From Polyangiales bacterium (GTDB lineage Bacteria; Myxococcota_A; Polyangia; Polyangiales; Polyangiaceae), in assembly GCA_038230375.1 (NCBI GenBank), contig JBBRNJ010000009.1, positions 32,001-96,000 of the forward strand: a DNA stretch of 64,000 nt, given 5' to 3'. The translations under genes were made by a program, and so were the position numbers. This document shows positions 49,781 through 59,227 of this stretch, in pieces (the first letter of the stretch is position 1; each line of letters opens with the position of its first letter). The notes beneath the pieces were generated by a model, which saw only the letters and a list, made by a program, of their open reading frames with translations, was not told the origin of the DNA and made no database searches.

Positions 49781-50880
49781 AACCGCCGGCAACTCCGACT
49801 CGGAGCGCAACTCTTCGCGCCCGACTCTTCGCCTTCGGGGCCCTTGGGGCCCTGGTCTCGGCGATCGCATACGCAGGGCACACCACCTACGAGGTCGCGA
49901 CGGACTCCTTCGTGGCGCCGATCATCCTCACGCCGGGCAACGAGCTGGTGGTCCAGAGCAAGGTCAAGCTGGGCGAGCTCTCGGTGGAACACGCGCGCAC
50001 GCGGGCGGAGGCCGAGGGTATCGATGCCGACATCGCGGCGGACGAGAAGGCCGTCACGCGGCTCACGTACCTGCGCGCCACGGCGGAGAAGGGGCTCGCG
50101 TGGACCAGCGGCGTCACCGGCAGGCAGTTCGACACCGGTGGGCAGGATCTCCGGACGCTCGCAAACCAGAACACGCTCCTCCTGGAGATGGTCAAGAAGC
50201 AAGCGGACCTGGTGCGGGAGACGAAGGCGAACACGGACGCGGGGCTCATCCCGCGCGCGGACTACTCGCACGAGCTCCAGGCGCTCTCGCAGATGCAGCT
50301 CTCTTTGCTGGAAAACCAGCGTCAACGCACGCAGGTAGAGGCCATCACGCGTGAGGCCGCACTGCAGAGAATGTCACTCGCCAGCGCTAGCGGTGCGCCG
50401 CGGATGCCGGAGGCGTTGATGCGTGAGGACCAGCTGGTCCGCATCGATCTCGAGCTACTTCATGCAGAGGCCGACCTACGCCTGAAGCGGGCCGAGCAGC
50501 GCATCGAGCACGACAAGCTCGACAAGATCGAAGACCTCGAGAAGCAGCTGGAGGCGCGTCCGCTCTTCCGCGCAATCGACAAGCGGCTGGACGTGGCGTT
50601 CGTTCCCTACACACAGATCGACGGCGTCCACACAGGCGCCATCGTCTACGACTGCACCTGGGGCGTGTTCCACTGCAAGTCCGTGGGCCGCGTCGCCGAG
50701 GTGGTCCCGGGCGAGGTTGTTCTGCCGGATCCGTGGGGAAATCAAGCCCGCGGTCAGTTCGCAGTGCTCGACCTCACGAATCGTGAGTCGGCCCGCGCGA
50801 AGACGCTTCGCGTCCGCAGCACCTCGGGTGCCGTGGGCGGCGCGCCCGCTGCGACGCCGCAAGTCGTCTCGGTGCGCTGA
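49777..50880 (+). CDS. module gene B1: TM, coiled-coil and beta-domain protein, candidate membrane-fusion (HlyD-like) adaptor
   Basis: N-terminal TM, roughly 200-aa coiled coil, VAFVPYTQIDGV..GRV..V.PGE; ATGA-coupled to A1; paralog of 59228-60343. Confidence 0.72.
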   Translation: MKPPATPTRSATLRARLFAFGALGALVSAIAYAGHTTYEVATDSFVAPIILTPGNELVVQSKVKLGELSVEHARTRAEAEGIDADIAADEKAVTRLTYLRATAEKGLAWTSGVTGRQFDTGGQDLRTLANQNTLLLEMVKKQADLVRETKANTDAGLIPRADYSHELQALSQMQLSLLENQRQRTQVEAITREAALQRMSLASASGAPRMPEALMREDQLVRIDLELLHAEADLRLKRAEQRIEHDKLDKIEDLEKQLEARPLFRAIDKRLDVAFVPYTQIDGVHTGAIVYDCTWGVFHCKSVGRVAEVVPGEVVLPDPWGNQARGQFAVLDLTNRESARAKTLRVRSTSGAVGGAPAATPQVVSVR

Positions 50881-50881
50881 C

Positions 50882-52798
50882 ATGGAAGCCTTCTTCTGGG
50901 GCCTTCGAACCCGCGACTCGTTCAGCTTCAGCTGGCCGATCGGCCTGACGCTCGCTGTCTGTCTGGCATTCACACAGACCGACTTCATGTTGCTGATGCT
51001 CGCGTTCGTCTACCGCCGGACGCGGCGCTGGCACGACGACTTCGAGAGCGCAGGTCCCGGTGTTCGTCCAACGGGCATGGTGATCATCCCCTCGCTCCTC
51101 CGGAACGAGGACGACCTCAACGCGATCACGACAACGGTCGAGAGCTGCGCGACGAACAACTACCCCAGCGAGCTCCTCATCATTGCCAGTGTGGATGGCC
51201 GAACGGAGAAGCCCGCGCTCTATGCCCAGCTCGCGCGCTGGGTCTCGGAGCAGCACTACCCCGCCCACGTGCGCGTCTGCGTCGCCGGCACCGAGACGCG
51301 CCTTGGCAAGATGATGGCCGTCGAGGCGGGACTCAGCTTCGCAAAGAAGCTGGTCGAGAAGGGCGAGCTCCCGGAGCTGCCACAGATCTACTTCAGCATC
51401 GATGGCGACGGCACGCTGGGGCCCCACGCGCTGGAGCGCCTGGCCGCGCGCATCACCAAGCCTCATCCGATCACGGGAAATCCACGGCGAATCGTGTCGG
51501 GGAAGATCTGCATCCGACAGGATGTCTTCTGGCATGGCTGGCGCGAGCTCTTCACCTCGAAGGGGTTTCTCGTCATCAACGTTGCGCGCGAGTTCGTCGT
51601 GTCGAACGTGGCGCGCCACAACTGGAAGCTCACACCGAAGATCGGCGTGCCCGGCGCGCTCTACTGTTGCTGGACCGACATGCTGCTCATCGCGCCGCAC
51701 TACATGGGCTTCATGAAGACCATCCGCGCGCGCGACTGGATTCGCTGGTGGTTCGGCGCCGAGCCGCCGCTCTTCTCCAGGAGCAACGCGCCGGCGTGCC
51801 CCGAAGCGCTGACAGGCGCGTCCGATGACACCTGCATGGCATTCCTCGCCAGCATCTCGCAGTGGAAGGACGGCAAGCTGTGTCTGGACGCGCCGCGCAC
51901 GCCGCTGCACGCGTTCTTCGCCATCCTGAAGGGCTTCTTCCTGGAGCGCTCGCACGACTACGAACCCGAGGCGCGCGTCTACACCTATACGCCGTCCACA
52001 TGGAAGGGCCTCTGGACCCAGCGCGTGCGTTGGAATGCGTCGCGCTTCGAATGCGCGGGGCGCTTCTGGCGCTCGTTCTGGTTCCACTGGGAGATCGGCC
52101 TGCCCGTGGGCGCGCACCTGTCGATGGTGCTGCACGCCGTCCTGGAGGTCGCGGTCTACTACCTGCTGCTTCCCTACGTGTTCCTGGGCAACAACAGCGC
52201 GCTCCTGGGCTACGCCATGGGCTACGCGGCGCAGACGTTCTCGCACTCGCTCTACACGGCCATGGCATTGTTCCTGGAGACGGAGCGCAAGCAGTTCTGG
52301 CGCGTCCTTCTCTGCCTTCCGACGGCCGCGTTCTACCTGGTCGCGGTGAACTTTGCCGGCTGCGTGTACGGCGTGTCGCGCGACCTCTTCTTCTTCGGAA
52401 ACAAGACCAACTTCGCGCCCGAGTGGACCATGAAGAAGGGCGGCTGCGAGCGCATCGCGCTTGCCTTCCGCGTCAGACGATTCGCGAGCCTGTGTGTTCG
52501 CGCGGCCATCCGCGGCGACGTTCCTCTGGGGTGGTTCTGGTTCGGCTGGACGGAGACTCCGTGGACGCCGAGCGGCTTCGACGGCTGGACCACCGGCAAG
52601 AAGGCGCAGTCCATCTGGAGCATGGGCGTGCCGATCGTCACTGAGCCCATCATCCCGACCATGGCGGCGCCGCTGTCGCCGGAAGAACTGCGAGCGTCGC
52701 TGCGCAAGATCGAGATCAGACCGAGCGCAGGCCAGCCCGCCGCCGTCCCCGCGAACGACGAGGCGCATGCGAACGAGAAGCCAGCGAGGGTCGCATGA
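50882..52798 (+). CDS. module gene C1: processive GT2 membrane polysaccharide synthase
   Basis: N-terminal TM, SVDG, GK..A, SIDGD (DxD), GASDDT, QRVRW (QxxRW), C-terminal TM helices. Confidence 0.85.
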   Translation: MEAFFWGLRTRDSFSFSWPIGLTLAVCLAFTQTDFMLLMLAFVYRRTRRWHDDFESAGPGVRPTGMVIIPSLLRNEDDLNAITTTVESCATNNYPSELLIIASVDGRTEKPALYAQLARWVSEQHYPAHVRVCVAGTETRLGKMMAVEAGLSFAKKLVEKGELPELPQIYFSIDGDGTLGPHALERLAARITKPHPITGNPRRIVSGKICIRQDVFWHGWRELFTSKGFLVINVAREFVVSNVARHNWKLTPKIGVPGALYCCWTDMLLIAPHYMGFMKTIRARDWIRWWFGAEPPLFSRSNAPACPEALTGASDDTCMAFLASISQWKDGKLCLDAPRTPLHAFFAILKGFFLERSHDYEPEARVYTYTPSTWKGLWTQRVRWNASRFECAGRFWRSFWFHWEIGLPVGAHLSMVLHAVLEVAVYYLLLPYVFLGNNSALLGYAMGYAAQTFSHSLYTAMALFLETERKQFWRVLLCLPTAAFYLVAVNFAGCVYGVSRDLFFFGNKTNFAPEWTMKKGGCERIALAFRVRRFASLCVRAAIRGDVPLGWFWFGWTETPWTPSGFDGWTTGKKAQSIWSMGVPIVTEPIIPTMAAPLSPEELRASLRKIEIRPSAGQPAAVPANDEAHANEKPARVA

Positions 52799-53511
52799 GC
52801 ACCACGATCAAATCATCGCGACGCCTGTGGCGAACGCTGGCAGTGCCGCTGGACGCAATCACGCTTGGCCTGGTCGTGGTCTTCGCGCACCACGCCGAGC
52901 CCGTGGCGGCCACGCCGCTGGTCGATGTTCCGGCGGTGGCGGTGTGCGTCACCAGCGGGCAGGTGGACAAGCGCGGCAGCCAGTTCCGCGTGATGGACAA
53001 GGGCATGCGCGGCGTCGTCAACGACGACCACAGCTCCGACGTGGAGCTGCTCTTTCACTACGCGGGACCGGCAAAGAAGCAGGAGCCGCTTGCGAGCGGG
53101 GAGATGCGCATGCAGGTCGGACTGAAGCTGCGAGCACAGGACACCTGCAACGTGGTCTACGTGATGTGGCACATGGCGCCGGACCAAGGCGTTGCGGTGT
53201 CGGTGAAGCACAACGTGGCCATGCACACGCATGCGGAGTGCGCCGACGGAGGCTATGTGAACATGAAGCCGCGCGTCACGAAGGCGCCGCCACCCATCGT
53301 AGCTGGCTCCACGCACGCACTTCATGCAGCGATCGATGGCACCACGCTGCGCGTCCACGCAGACGGGGCGCTGGTGTGGGAAGGCGATCTGGGTGATGTG
53401 GCATTCGCGTTCGACGGTCCAGCGGGTGTACGCACGGACAACGTCGAGGCGGACCTCATGCTGCGCGTACCAAAGCGACTCCGTCCGTGGCGCGGCTGCC
53501 CGCTGCGCTGA
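52795..53511 (+). CDS. module gene D1: secreted beta-rich protein (ConA-like fold candidate)
   Basis: N-terminal hydrophobic segment, QVGLKLRAQDTCNVVYVMWH, GVRTDN; ATGA-coupled to C1; paralog of 62251-63060. Confidence 0.7.
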   Translation: MSTTIKSSRRLWRTLAVPLDAITLGLVVVFAHHAEPVAATPLVDVPAVAVCVTSGQVDKRGSQFRVMDKGMRGVVNDDHSSDVELLFHYAGPAKKQEPLASGEMRMQVGLKLRAQDTCNVVYVMWHMAPDQGVAVSVKHNVAMHTHAECADGGYVNMKPRVTKAPPPIVAGSTHALHAAIDGTTLRVHADGALVWEGDLGDVAFAFDGPAGVRTDNVEADLMLRVPKRLRPWRGCPLR

Positions 53512-53537
53512 ATCGGGGCGTCTGCCAGGCGTCTTGC

Positions 53538-53783
53538 TCAGACCGTGACTTCGTAGTCCTCGATGACGGGGTTCGCGAGCAGCTCGTCCGACATCTTGCG
53601 CAGGTTCTCGGTGAGGGAGGCGCTGACCACGCCATCCTCCAGCTCGATCTCGATGAGCTTGCCGATGCGAACGCTCTTCACGCCAGAGAACCCCTGCCGC
53701 ACGAGCGCGCGCTTCACGGCGTCCCCCTGCGGGTCGAGGACCTCGGACTTCAGCCGAACGAGGACGGTCGCCTTCTTGCTCAT
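53538..53783 (-). CDS. purS: phosphoribosylformylglycinamidine synthase subunit PurS
   Basis: [25 protein letters not shown]; 81 aa. Confidence 0.95.
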   Translation of the reverse strand: MSKKATVLVRLKSEVLDPQGDAVKRALVRQGFSGVKSVRIGKLIEIELEDGVVSASLTENLRKMSDELLANPVIEDYEVTV

Positions 53784-54754
53784 GACACTCCTTGCAGGTT
53801 GATGTTCTTCCGGATGCGTTCTGCTGGCGGCGCCACGTCGGGCACGAACGGCACGCCCGTGATGCGCTCGAAGGCCTCGATGTAACGAAGCGCTGCGCCC
53901 ACGCGGATGTCGTCGGGCAGCGCCGGCGGTGGCCCGTCTCCGCGGTATCCGATGCCGGTGTAGTAGCGACGCACGAAATCCTTGTCGAGCGGCTCCGGGT
54001 CCTTGCCTGCGGCGAAGCGCTCGTCGTATGTAGAGCGCATCCAGAAGCGCGACGAGTCTGGCGTGTGGATCTCGTCGATGACGATGATCTCGCCGTCCTT
54101 CGTCTTGCCGAACTCGTACTTGGTATCGACGAGGACGAGGCCGCGCGCCGCACACTTCTGTTGGCCGGCCTCGAACAGCTTCATGGCCAACGCAGCCGCG
54201 CGATCGAAGTCCGGAGCAGAGACCAGCCCGGTGGCAAGGATGTCCTCGCGCGAGCCGCTCACGTCGTGCTCTCCCTTCGGGGCCTTCGTGGCGGGCGTCA
54301 GGATGGGACGCTCCAGCCGCTGGTTCTTCTTCATGCCGTCGGGCAACGCATGGCCGCAGAACGCGCGCGCGCCCTTCTCGTATGCAGTCCAGATGCTGGT
54401 GGACGTGGTGCCCGTGAGATAGGAGCGCACCACCATCTCCGCCATGATCGGCGTGCACTCCACGCAGCGCAGCACCTGCGGATCAGGCAGGCCCAGGTAG
54501 TGATTCGCAACCACACCGGCCGTCTCCTCGAACCAGTATGCGGAGAGGCGTGTCAGCACCTGGCCCTTGAAAGGCACCGTACCCAGCACGTGATCGAACG
54601 CGCTGATGCGGTCCGTGGCGACCAGCAGCCGGGTGTGATCGGGACGCGAGTAGTTGTCGCGGACCTTGCCCTCGTACTTCTGCCCGAGCTCCGGGAAATC
54701 CGTTTCCGCGAGGGCGAAAGGCAATGCTTCACGGACGGTCCGCTCGTCGACCAT
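53780..54754 (-). CDS. purC: SAICAR synthetase
   Basis: [51 protein letters not shown]. Confidence 0.97.
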   Translation of the reverse strand: MVDERTVREALPFALAETDFPELGQKYEGKVRDNYSRPDHTRLLVATDRISAFDHVLGTVPFKGQVLTRLSAYWFEETAGVVANHYLGLPDPQVLRCVECTPIMAEMVVRSYLTGTTSTSIWTAYEKGARAFCGHALPDGMKKNQRLERPILTPATKAPKGEHDVSGSREDILATGLVSAPDFDRAAALAMKLFEAGQQKCAARGLVLVDTKYEFGKTKDGEIIVIDEIHTPDSSRFWMRSTYDERFAAGKDPEPLDKDFVRRYYTGIGYRGDGPPPALPDDIRVGAALRYIEAFERITGVPFVPDVAPPAERIRKNINLQGVS

Positions 54755-54797
54755 GGGCCGGGTCTATAGCAGCTATGGCGACCTTGCGGCGAGCCCT

Positions 54798-56663
54798 TCA
54801 ACGAGGTGTGGCGGCGCAGCCTCCGCCGGTGATGCTCACCTTCGCCATGATGGTGCCTTCGGAGGTGATGCTGACGGTCTTGTCGACTCCATCAGCGCAG
54901 AGGTGGATGAGACGAGCCCCTGATTCGTCCGCTTCCGTCACGGTCGCCGGGGCGCCCGAGCGGGCACGTCTGCCCATGACGAAGAACGTGGCGAAGGTGA
55001 CGCTCGTGCCGTGGCGCGCGTACTCGAGGGCGTGCACAGCGTCCTTCTTTCCGTAGGCGAGCGAGACCCAGCCCTGCAGCGGCTTCTCCTGGCCGATGAT
55101 GTCCTTGACCGACAGCCCCTCGGGCTCTGACTGCCGGACAAGCACGATGGGCACCGACTTGATGTTGTCGATGTTCGCATCGAGACCGTCCATCGCGAGC
55201 TCGCCTCCAGGGAACACATGCCAGGTCTGCGCGTAGTCGTGAACCGCGGTGCCTCGGAGATCATCCGTCACCAGCACGGCTCCCTGATCCACGATGACCA
55301 CGGTCCGGCGGTGAACCACGTCAGCGTAGAGCTTGCTCTCGCCAGTGGCCCAGCACGACCCGCTTGCAACGCCGTAGGCGCCCGGTGTGGCGGCACCCTC
55401 GCGCTGATCCTTGCCGTCGACCACGACGGTGTTGTGAGCGCGCGTCCCGTGGAAGTAGTCGTACTCATCTCCCGCGTCGTACGTGAAGAGGCCGCCGTCC
55501 GGGAACAGCGTGGCCGCATCCGAGTAAATGGTCACGCCAAGCGCGTCGAGGTGCGAGTGGTCGGTGCGGTACACGCCCGCATCGAACGTCACGAACGTCT
55601 GCTCCAGCGCCGCTTTCGGCGCGCGCAACACGAACAACCCCGACGACGGAAACAGCTCCACGTGCTTCTGCGGCGCCGTCCCCGCCTGACCGCTGGTCCA
55701 CACGAACGCGTATTCCGGATCGAGCGCCGAGAGCGGCCCGTAGAGGAGCGGATCCTGGTTCGGCACGATCGTGGTGCCGGTCGCCCCGAGCATTGGCAAG
55801 CGCCCGTTCGGCTGCGTCACGTATGCGAGATAGTGGATCATGGCGCGCTTCGTCTCTTCCCAGGCAGGCGCGATCTCGGGCTCGTACTGCTTTGCCCAGG
55901 CCTGGACCTGGCTCACGAGGCCCAGCACGAACAGGTGATAAAATGGGGAGTTCTCGATGTCCACGCCGTCCGTGTCGATGTTCGTCGTGCGCATGGTCTC
56001 GAGGCGCGTGACACCGGTCGTCCGCCACGTCGCGGCGTCTTTCATGTCCGGGAAGTTGTGCGCGATCACGAGCAGCGCAGCCGCCTCCGTGAAGCCATGG
56101 TTCGCCCAGTACTCGAACCGACGCGTGTCCATGAGGAACGTCGCCATGCGCTCGATGGATGCGCGCAGCCCTGCATCCACGTCCTTGGGCAAGACCTTGT
56201 CCGTTGCGAGCTTCACGTAGAGGTTCGTGAGCACCATCGCGCGGTAGGCCGTGGCGTGCTCGTTGTCGAACTTGTGATGGTCGTAGGGGCGCTTCGGCTC
56301 GTATGCAATGTACGAGCGCAGGATGGCGAAGAGCTTGTCGAGGTACCGCTGCTCGTGCGTCTGCCGATAGGCGAACAGCAGGTGCTCCGTGTACCGCAGC
56401 GAGTAGAACATGAAGCGGAAGAACGCATCGTTGTACGGGTCCTCCGTCCACGTGAGCGGCCACGTCAGCTTCGCCGCAGGGAAGCCACGCGCCGGCCAGA
56501 TGTCGCTCACGATGCCGTCGGCGATGCCCACGTCACCTTGATCGAGCTCCAGGTACATCGCCTCCTTCGGCGGAGGCGGCGGATCCGGAGGCGGTGTCCA
56601 CGGCGCATCCGAGGCGCCGCACGCGGCCATGAAGAGCGTGGCGAAGAGTCCGATACGACGCAT
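54798..56663 (-). CDS. heparinase II/III-family polysaccharide lyase lipoprotein
   Basis: Lipobox MAAC; NHG, ENSPFYH, HSHLD, DGG..Y, AHNTVVVDG, HRR. Confidence 0.85.
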   Translation of the reverse strand: MRRIGLFATLFMAACGASDAPWTPPPDPPPPPKEAMYLELDQGDVGIADGIVSDIWPARGFPAAKLTWPLTWTEDPYNDAFFRFMFYSLRYTEHLLFAYRQTHEQRYLDKLFAILRSYIAYEPKRPYDHHKFDNEHATAYRAMVLTNLYVKLATDKVLPKDVDAGLRASIERMATFLMDTRRFEYWANHGFTEAAALLVIAHNFPDMKDAATWRTTGVTRLETMRTTNIDTDGVDIENSPFYHLFVLGLVSQVQAWAKQYEPEIAPAWEETKRAMIHYLAYVTQPNGRLPMLGATGTTIVPNQDPLLYGPLSALDPEYAFVWTSGQAGTAPQKHVELFPSSGLFVLRAPKAALEQTFVTFDAGVYRTDHSHLDALGVTIYSDAATLFPDGGLFTYDAGDEYDYFHGTRAHNTVVVDGKDQREGAATPGAYGVASGSCWATGESKLYADVVHRRTVVIVDQGAVLVTDDLRGTAVHDYAQTWHVFPGGELAMDGLDANIDNIKSVPIVLVRQSEPEGLSVKDIIGQEKPLQGWVSLAYGKKDAVHALEYARHGTSVTFATFFVMGRRARSGAPATVTEADESGARLIHLCADGVDKTVSITSEGTIMAKVSITGGGCAATPR

Positions 56664-56679
56664 TGAAACCTCCAGTGCC

Positions 56680-57915
56680 TCAGTCCACTTCCGCGTCGAG
56701 GATCGCGGTGGTGCTGCGAACACCGTCCGTCGCGACGAACGAGAGATGGTGCATTCCTTTCGCCAGCGGCGTGGTGGCAAACACGTAGGGCGTGATCGCC
56801 GTCTCGCGCACCAGCGTTGTGCCGTCGAACATCTGGACGTGCGCGCATGCCTCGTCGAAGTTCGCGGCAACGACCTGGATCAGCTGGTTCTGCGTGTACT
56901 TCGTGGCGGGCGCAACGACCTTCACGACCGGGTCGGCGATGAGGCCATCCACGCGATAGACATGCATGTAATCTACATCGAACGTGTTCGGGAACGGCGT
57001 GCTCTGGTCGGGGTCTCCCGTCCACCCGCCGACCCACCCGTTGATGATCCAGTACACCGGGTCCGTGGGCACCCCCTTCGTCGCAGGCGTGCTCTGCAGC
57101 TTGGCCACGCCGTCGATCCGCCACTCCAGGAGGTCGGGGGTCCAGAAGATCGTGTAGACGTGAAATTGACTGTAGTCTGCATCGTTCTCCATCATCACGT
57201 AGCGGCGACGGTCGTCGGCGGGGAGCGGCGGCGCGGCCCAGTGATTCACGAAGTAGAGCTCCGTGTACGGGTCCGTCGGGCGGTTCACGACCTCGATGTC
57301 GATCTCCGGGAAGGACTGCCACCACGGGCGCCCCCAGATCGCGGACCAGATCCCGGCTGCGTAGGGGAAGCGCGCGCGGAACTCGACCTTGCCATAGGTA
57401 CGCGCGTACTTGCCCAGCGAGTCGATGTACCCGGACGCGTAAGGATACGTGGGGTCGGTCGTGCGCGTGGTGACGGTGGACAGCATGCCGTCGTGCACGA
57501 TCGCGTTGGCCGGCAGAGACGTGTTGAGCACGCCAGAGTGCCCCTTGTACGCGTTCGCGACGTTCCACTTCGCCGGGTCGACTGTCGCGCCATCGAAGTC
57601 GTCGCCGTAGACGAGTACGTCGCCCGTCGTCTTCGCGGGTGGGCCGACCAGCTTGCACAATGTGGTCTCCGGCGGAAGCGAGACGGGCCCCGCATCAGCG
57701 GCGGTTCCGCCGCCATCGAAGGGAGAGGAACTGGACACGTCGGACAGCGGACCGGCGGTCCAGTCCTCTGACGGGGCCGACGAGCTCTTGCACGCGCTGC
57801 CAATGCCAGCCACGCCGACGAGCGTCATGAGGCACACCTGCGCTTGACGACCGCGCGTCAGCCGCCTGACTGTCTGCCCTGCTTCGCTGCGAAAAAACCG
57901 CGGTTTGGTGACCAT
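56680..57915 (-). CDS. GH16 glycoside hydrolase lipoprotein with C-terminal Ig-like domain
   Basis: DDFDG..W, YGKVEFRA, W.AIW, EIDIE catalytic motif, FHVY..W, FDVDY..VY, PY.F..G.H. Start uncertain. Confidence 0.88.
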   Translation of the reverse strand: MVTKPRFFRSEAGQTVRRLTRGRQAQVCLMTLVGVAGIGSACKSSSAPSEDWTAGPLSDVSSSSPFDGGGTAADAGPVSLPPETTLCKLVGPPAKTTGDVLVYGDDFDGATVDPAKWNVANAYKGHSGVLNTSLPANAIVHDGMLSTVTTRTTDPTYPYASGYIDSLGKYARTYGKVEFRARFPYAAGIWSAIWGRPWWQSFPEIDIEVVNRPTDPYTELYFVNHWAAPPLPADDRRRYVMMENDADYSQFHVYTIFWTPDLLEWRIDGVAKLQSTPATKGVPTDPVYWIINGWVGGWTGDPDQSTPFPNTFDVDYMHVYRVDGLIADPVVKVVAPATKYTQNQLIQVVAANFDEACAHVQMFDGTTLVRETAITPYVFATTPLAKGMHHLSFVATDGVRSTTAILDAEVD

Positions 57916-58066
57916 GCTGCTGCCTGCTGCAGACGCCGTGCCCACCAGGCCTTCCTGCCGCGCCGGGTCAGCCCGATGACATCGCGCTGGTCAAAGGAGT
58001 GACGAGTGAGCCCTCCTCGATGCGGGGGAGAATGTCGGGACCGTGAAACTGACGGGCGGCAGGCCG

Positions 58067-58082
58067 TGGCAAGCGCCTTGCA
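58067..58082 (+). promoter_or_regulatory. putative sigma54 promoter of module copy 2
   Basis: TGGCAAGCGCCTTGCA is a near-consensus TGGCA-N6-TTGCA, about 50 bp before ATG 58134. Confidence 0.65.
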
Positions 58083-58133
58083 CGTCGCAAGGTCACCCGT
58101 CTTTCTGCGACGGGCCTTCGAGGGTCGAAACGG

Positions 58134-59225
58134 ATGAAGCTCACCATCGCCAGGAATCGCCAGGACGTACTCGGGCTCTTGCTCGCTCTTGCGTGCCTGG
58201 TCCCCGCGAACGCCCACGCCGACGAGAACTACTGCGACAAGGTCCGCGCACGCAGTGGTGCAGACAGCGCTCTCCTCTTTGCGCCGTCGGCTCGTGTGTC
58301 GGGCGTGAAGGTCCCGCAGATCGGCGCGTCCGTGGACCCCACGAACATCGGCACCGAGTATCAGCTCCGCGGCGAGCTCTCCATGTCCGCCACGAACTTC
58401 TACAAGGGCACCATCGTCAACAAGGTCGCCGAGGCCGACTGCGACGTTCACAAGAACGCGGTGGTCGCGCAAGAGCTCGTCATGCGTGCAAGCGATCTTG
58501 GTCGCCTCGGCGCGCTCACCGACGAGCTCGCGTTCCTGGACGCGCAAAAACCCGCATGGGATGCGGTCGGCGCGAAGATGCAGGAGCGGCTCGAGGCAAA
58601 GACCACCACGCTGACCGAGGTGGCGGACGTGCGAACCCGCACCGTCATGCTGGACCGCGAGCGCGCGCAGGTGCGCGGCGACCTGGAGCGACTCACCGCG
58701 ATCGGCTGGAATCCCGGCACCATCGACGTTGCGCGCCTTGCGCAGCAGCTCGTCCAGGATTCGAGCCGCCTGGAGAACGAGGTCACGCGGCTGCGCGCTG
58801 TGGACCCGTGGGATGTGAGCGTGATGGGCGGCTACGTGCCTCCCGTGGCCTCGAGCAAGAACGACTGGTACGGCGTCGTGCAGCTCACGTACAACTTTGG
58901 CGGACTCTGGCGGAGCTCGCGGGACAATCGGTACCTCGAGGCGCGTGAGCGGGAGCTCAAGACCGCGCGGTACGAGCTCCCCCACCAGCTCGAGGTCCTC
59001 AAGAAGCACGTGGAGATCGCGCGAGCACAGGCGCGCACGGAGCTCGCGATCGTGGTCGCGCGCATGAGCGAGGTCACGCAGAACCGCGCGCAGCTCGCGC
59101 AGTCGGAGTCCACGCTGGCCCCGCACGCACTGGCAATGCTCGATCTCGAGCTCATCGCGAGTGGTGCCGACAAGACGTTTCTCGAAGGGCTCCTGCGTGA
59201 GCTCGGACGCATCCAGGAGAAGTGA
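58134..59225 (+). CDS. module gene A2: secreted helical protein, candidate TolC/OEP-like
   Basis: Signal peptide ending AHA; YCDKVRAR..ALLFAPS, DPW.VS..GG, VQLTYNFGG shared with A1. Confidence 0.7.
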   Translation: MKLTIARNRQDVLGLLLALACLVPANAHADENYCDKVRARSGADSALLFAPSARVSGVKVPQIGASVDPTNIGTEYQLRGELSMSATNFYKGTIVNKVAEADCDVHKNAVVAQELVMRASDLGRLGALTDELAFLDAQKPAWDAVGAKMQERLEAKTTTLTEVADVRTRTVMLDRERAQVRGDLERLTAIGWNPGTIDVARLAQQLVQDSSRLENEVTRLRAVDPWDVSVMGGYVPPVASSKNDWYGVVQLTYNFGGLWRSSRDNRYLEARERELKTARYELPHQLEVLKKHVEIARAQARTELAIVVARMSEVTQNRAQLAQSESTLAPHALAMLDLELIASGADKTFLEGLLRELGRIQEK

Positions 59226-59227
59226 CA

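Noticed and set aside
50774..52768. 664-aa minus-strand ORF
   Set aside because: Antisense shadow of GT2 synthase C1.
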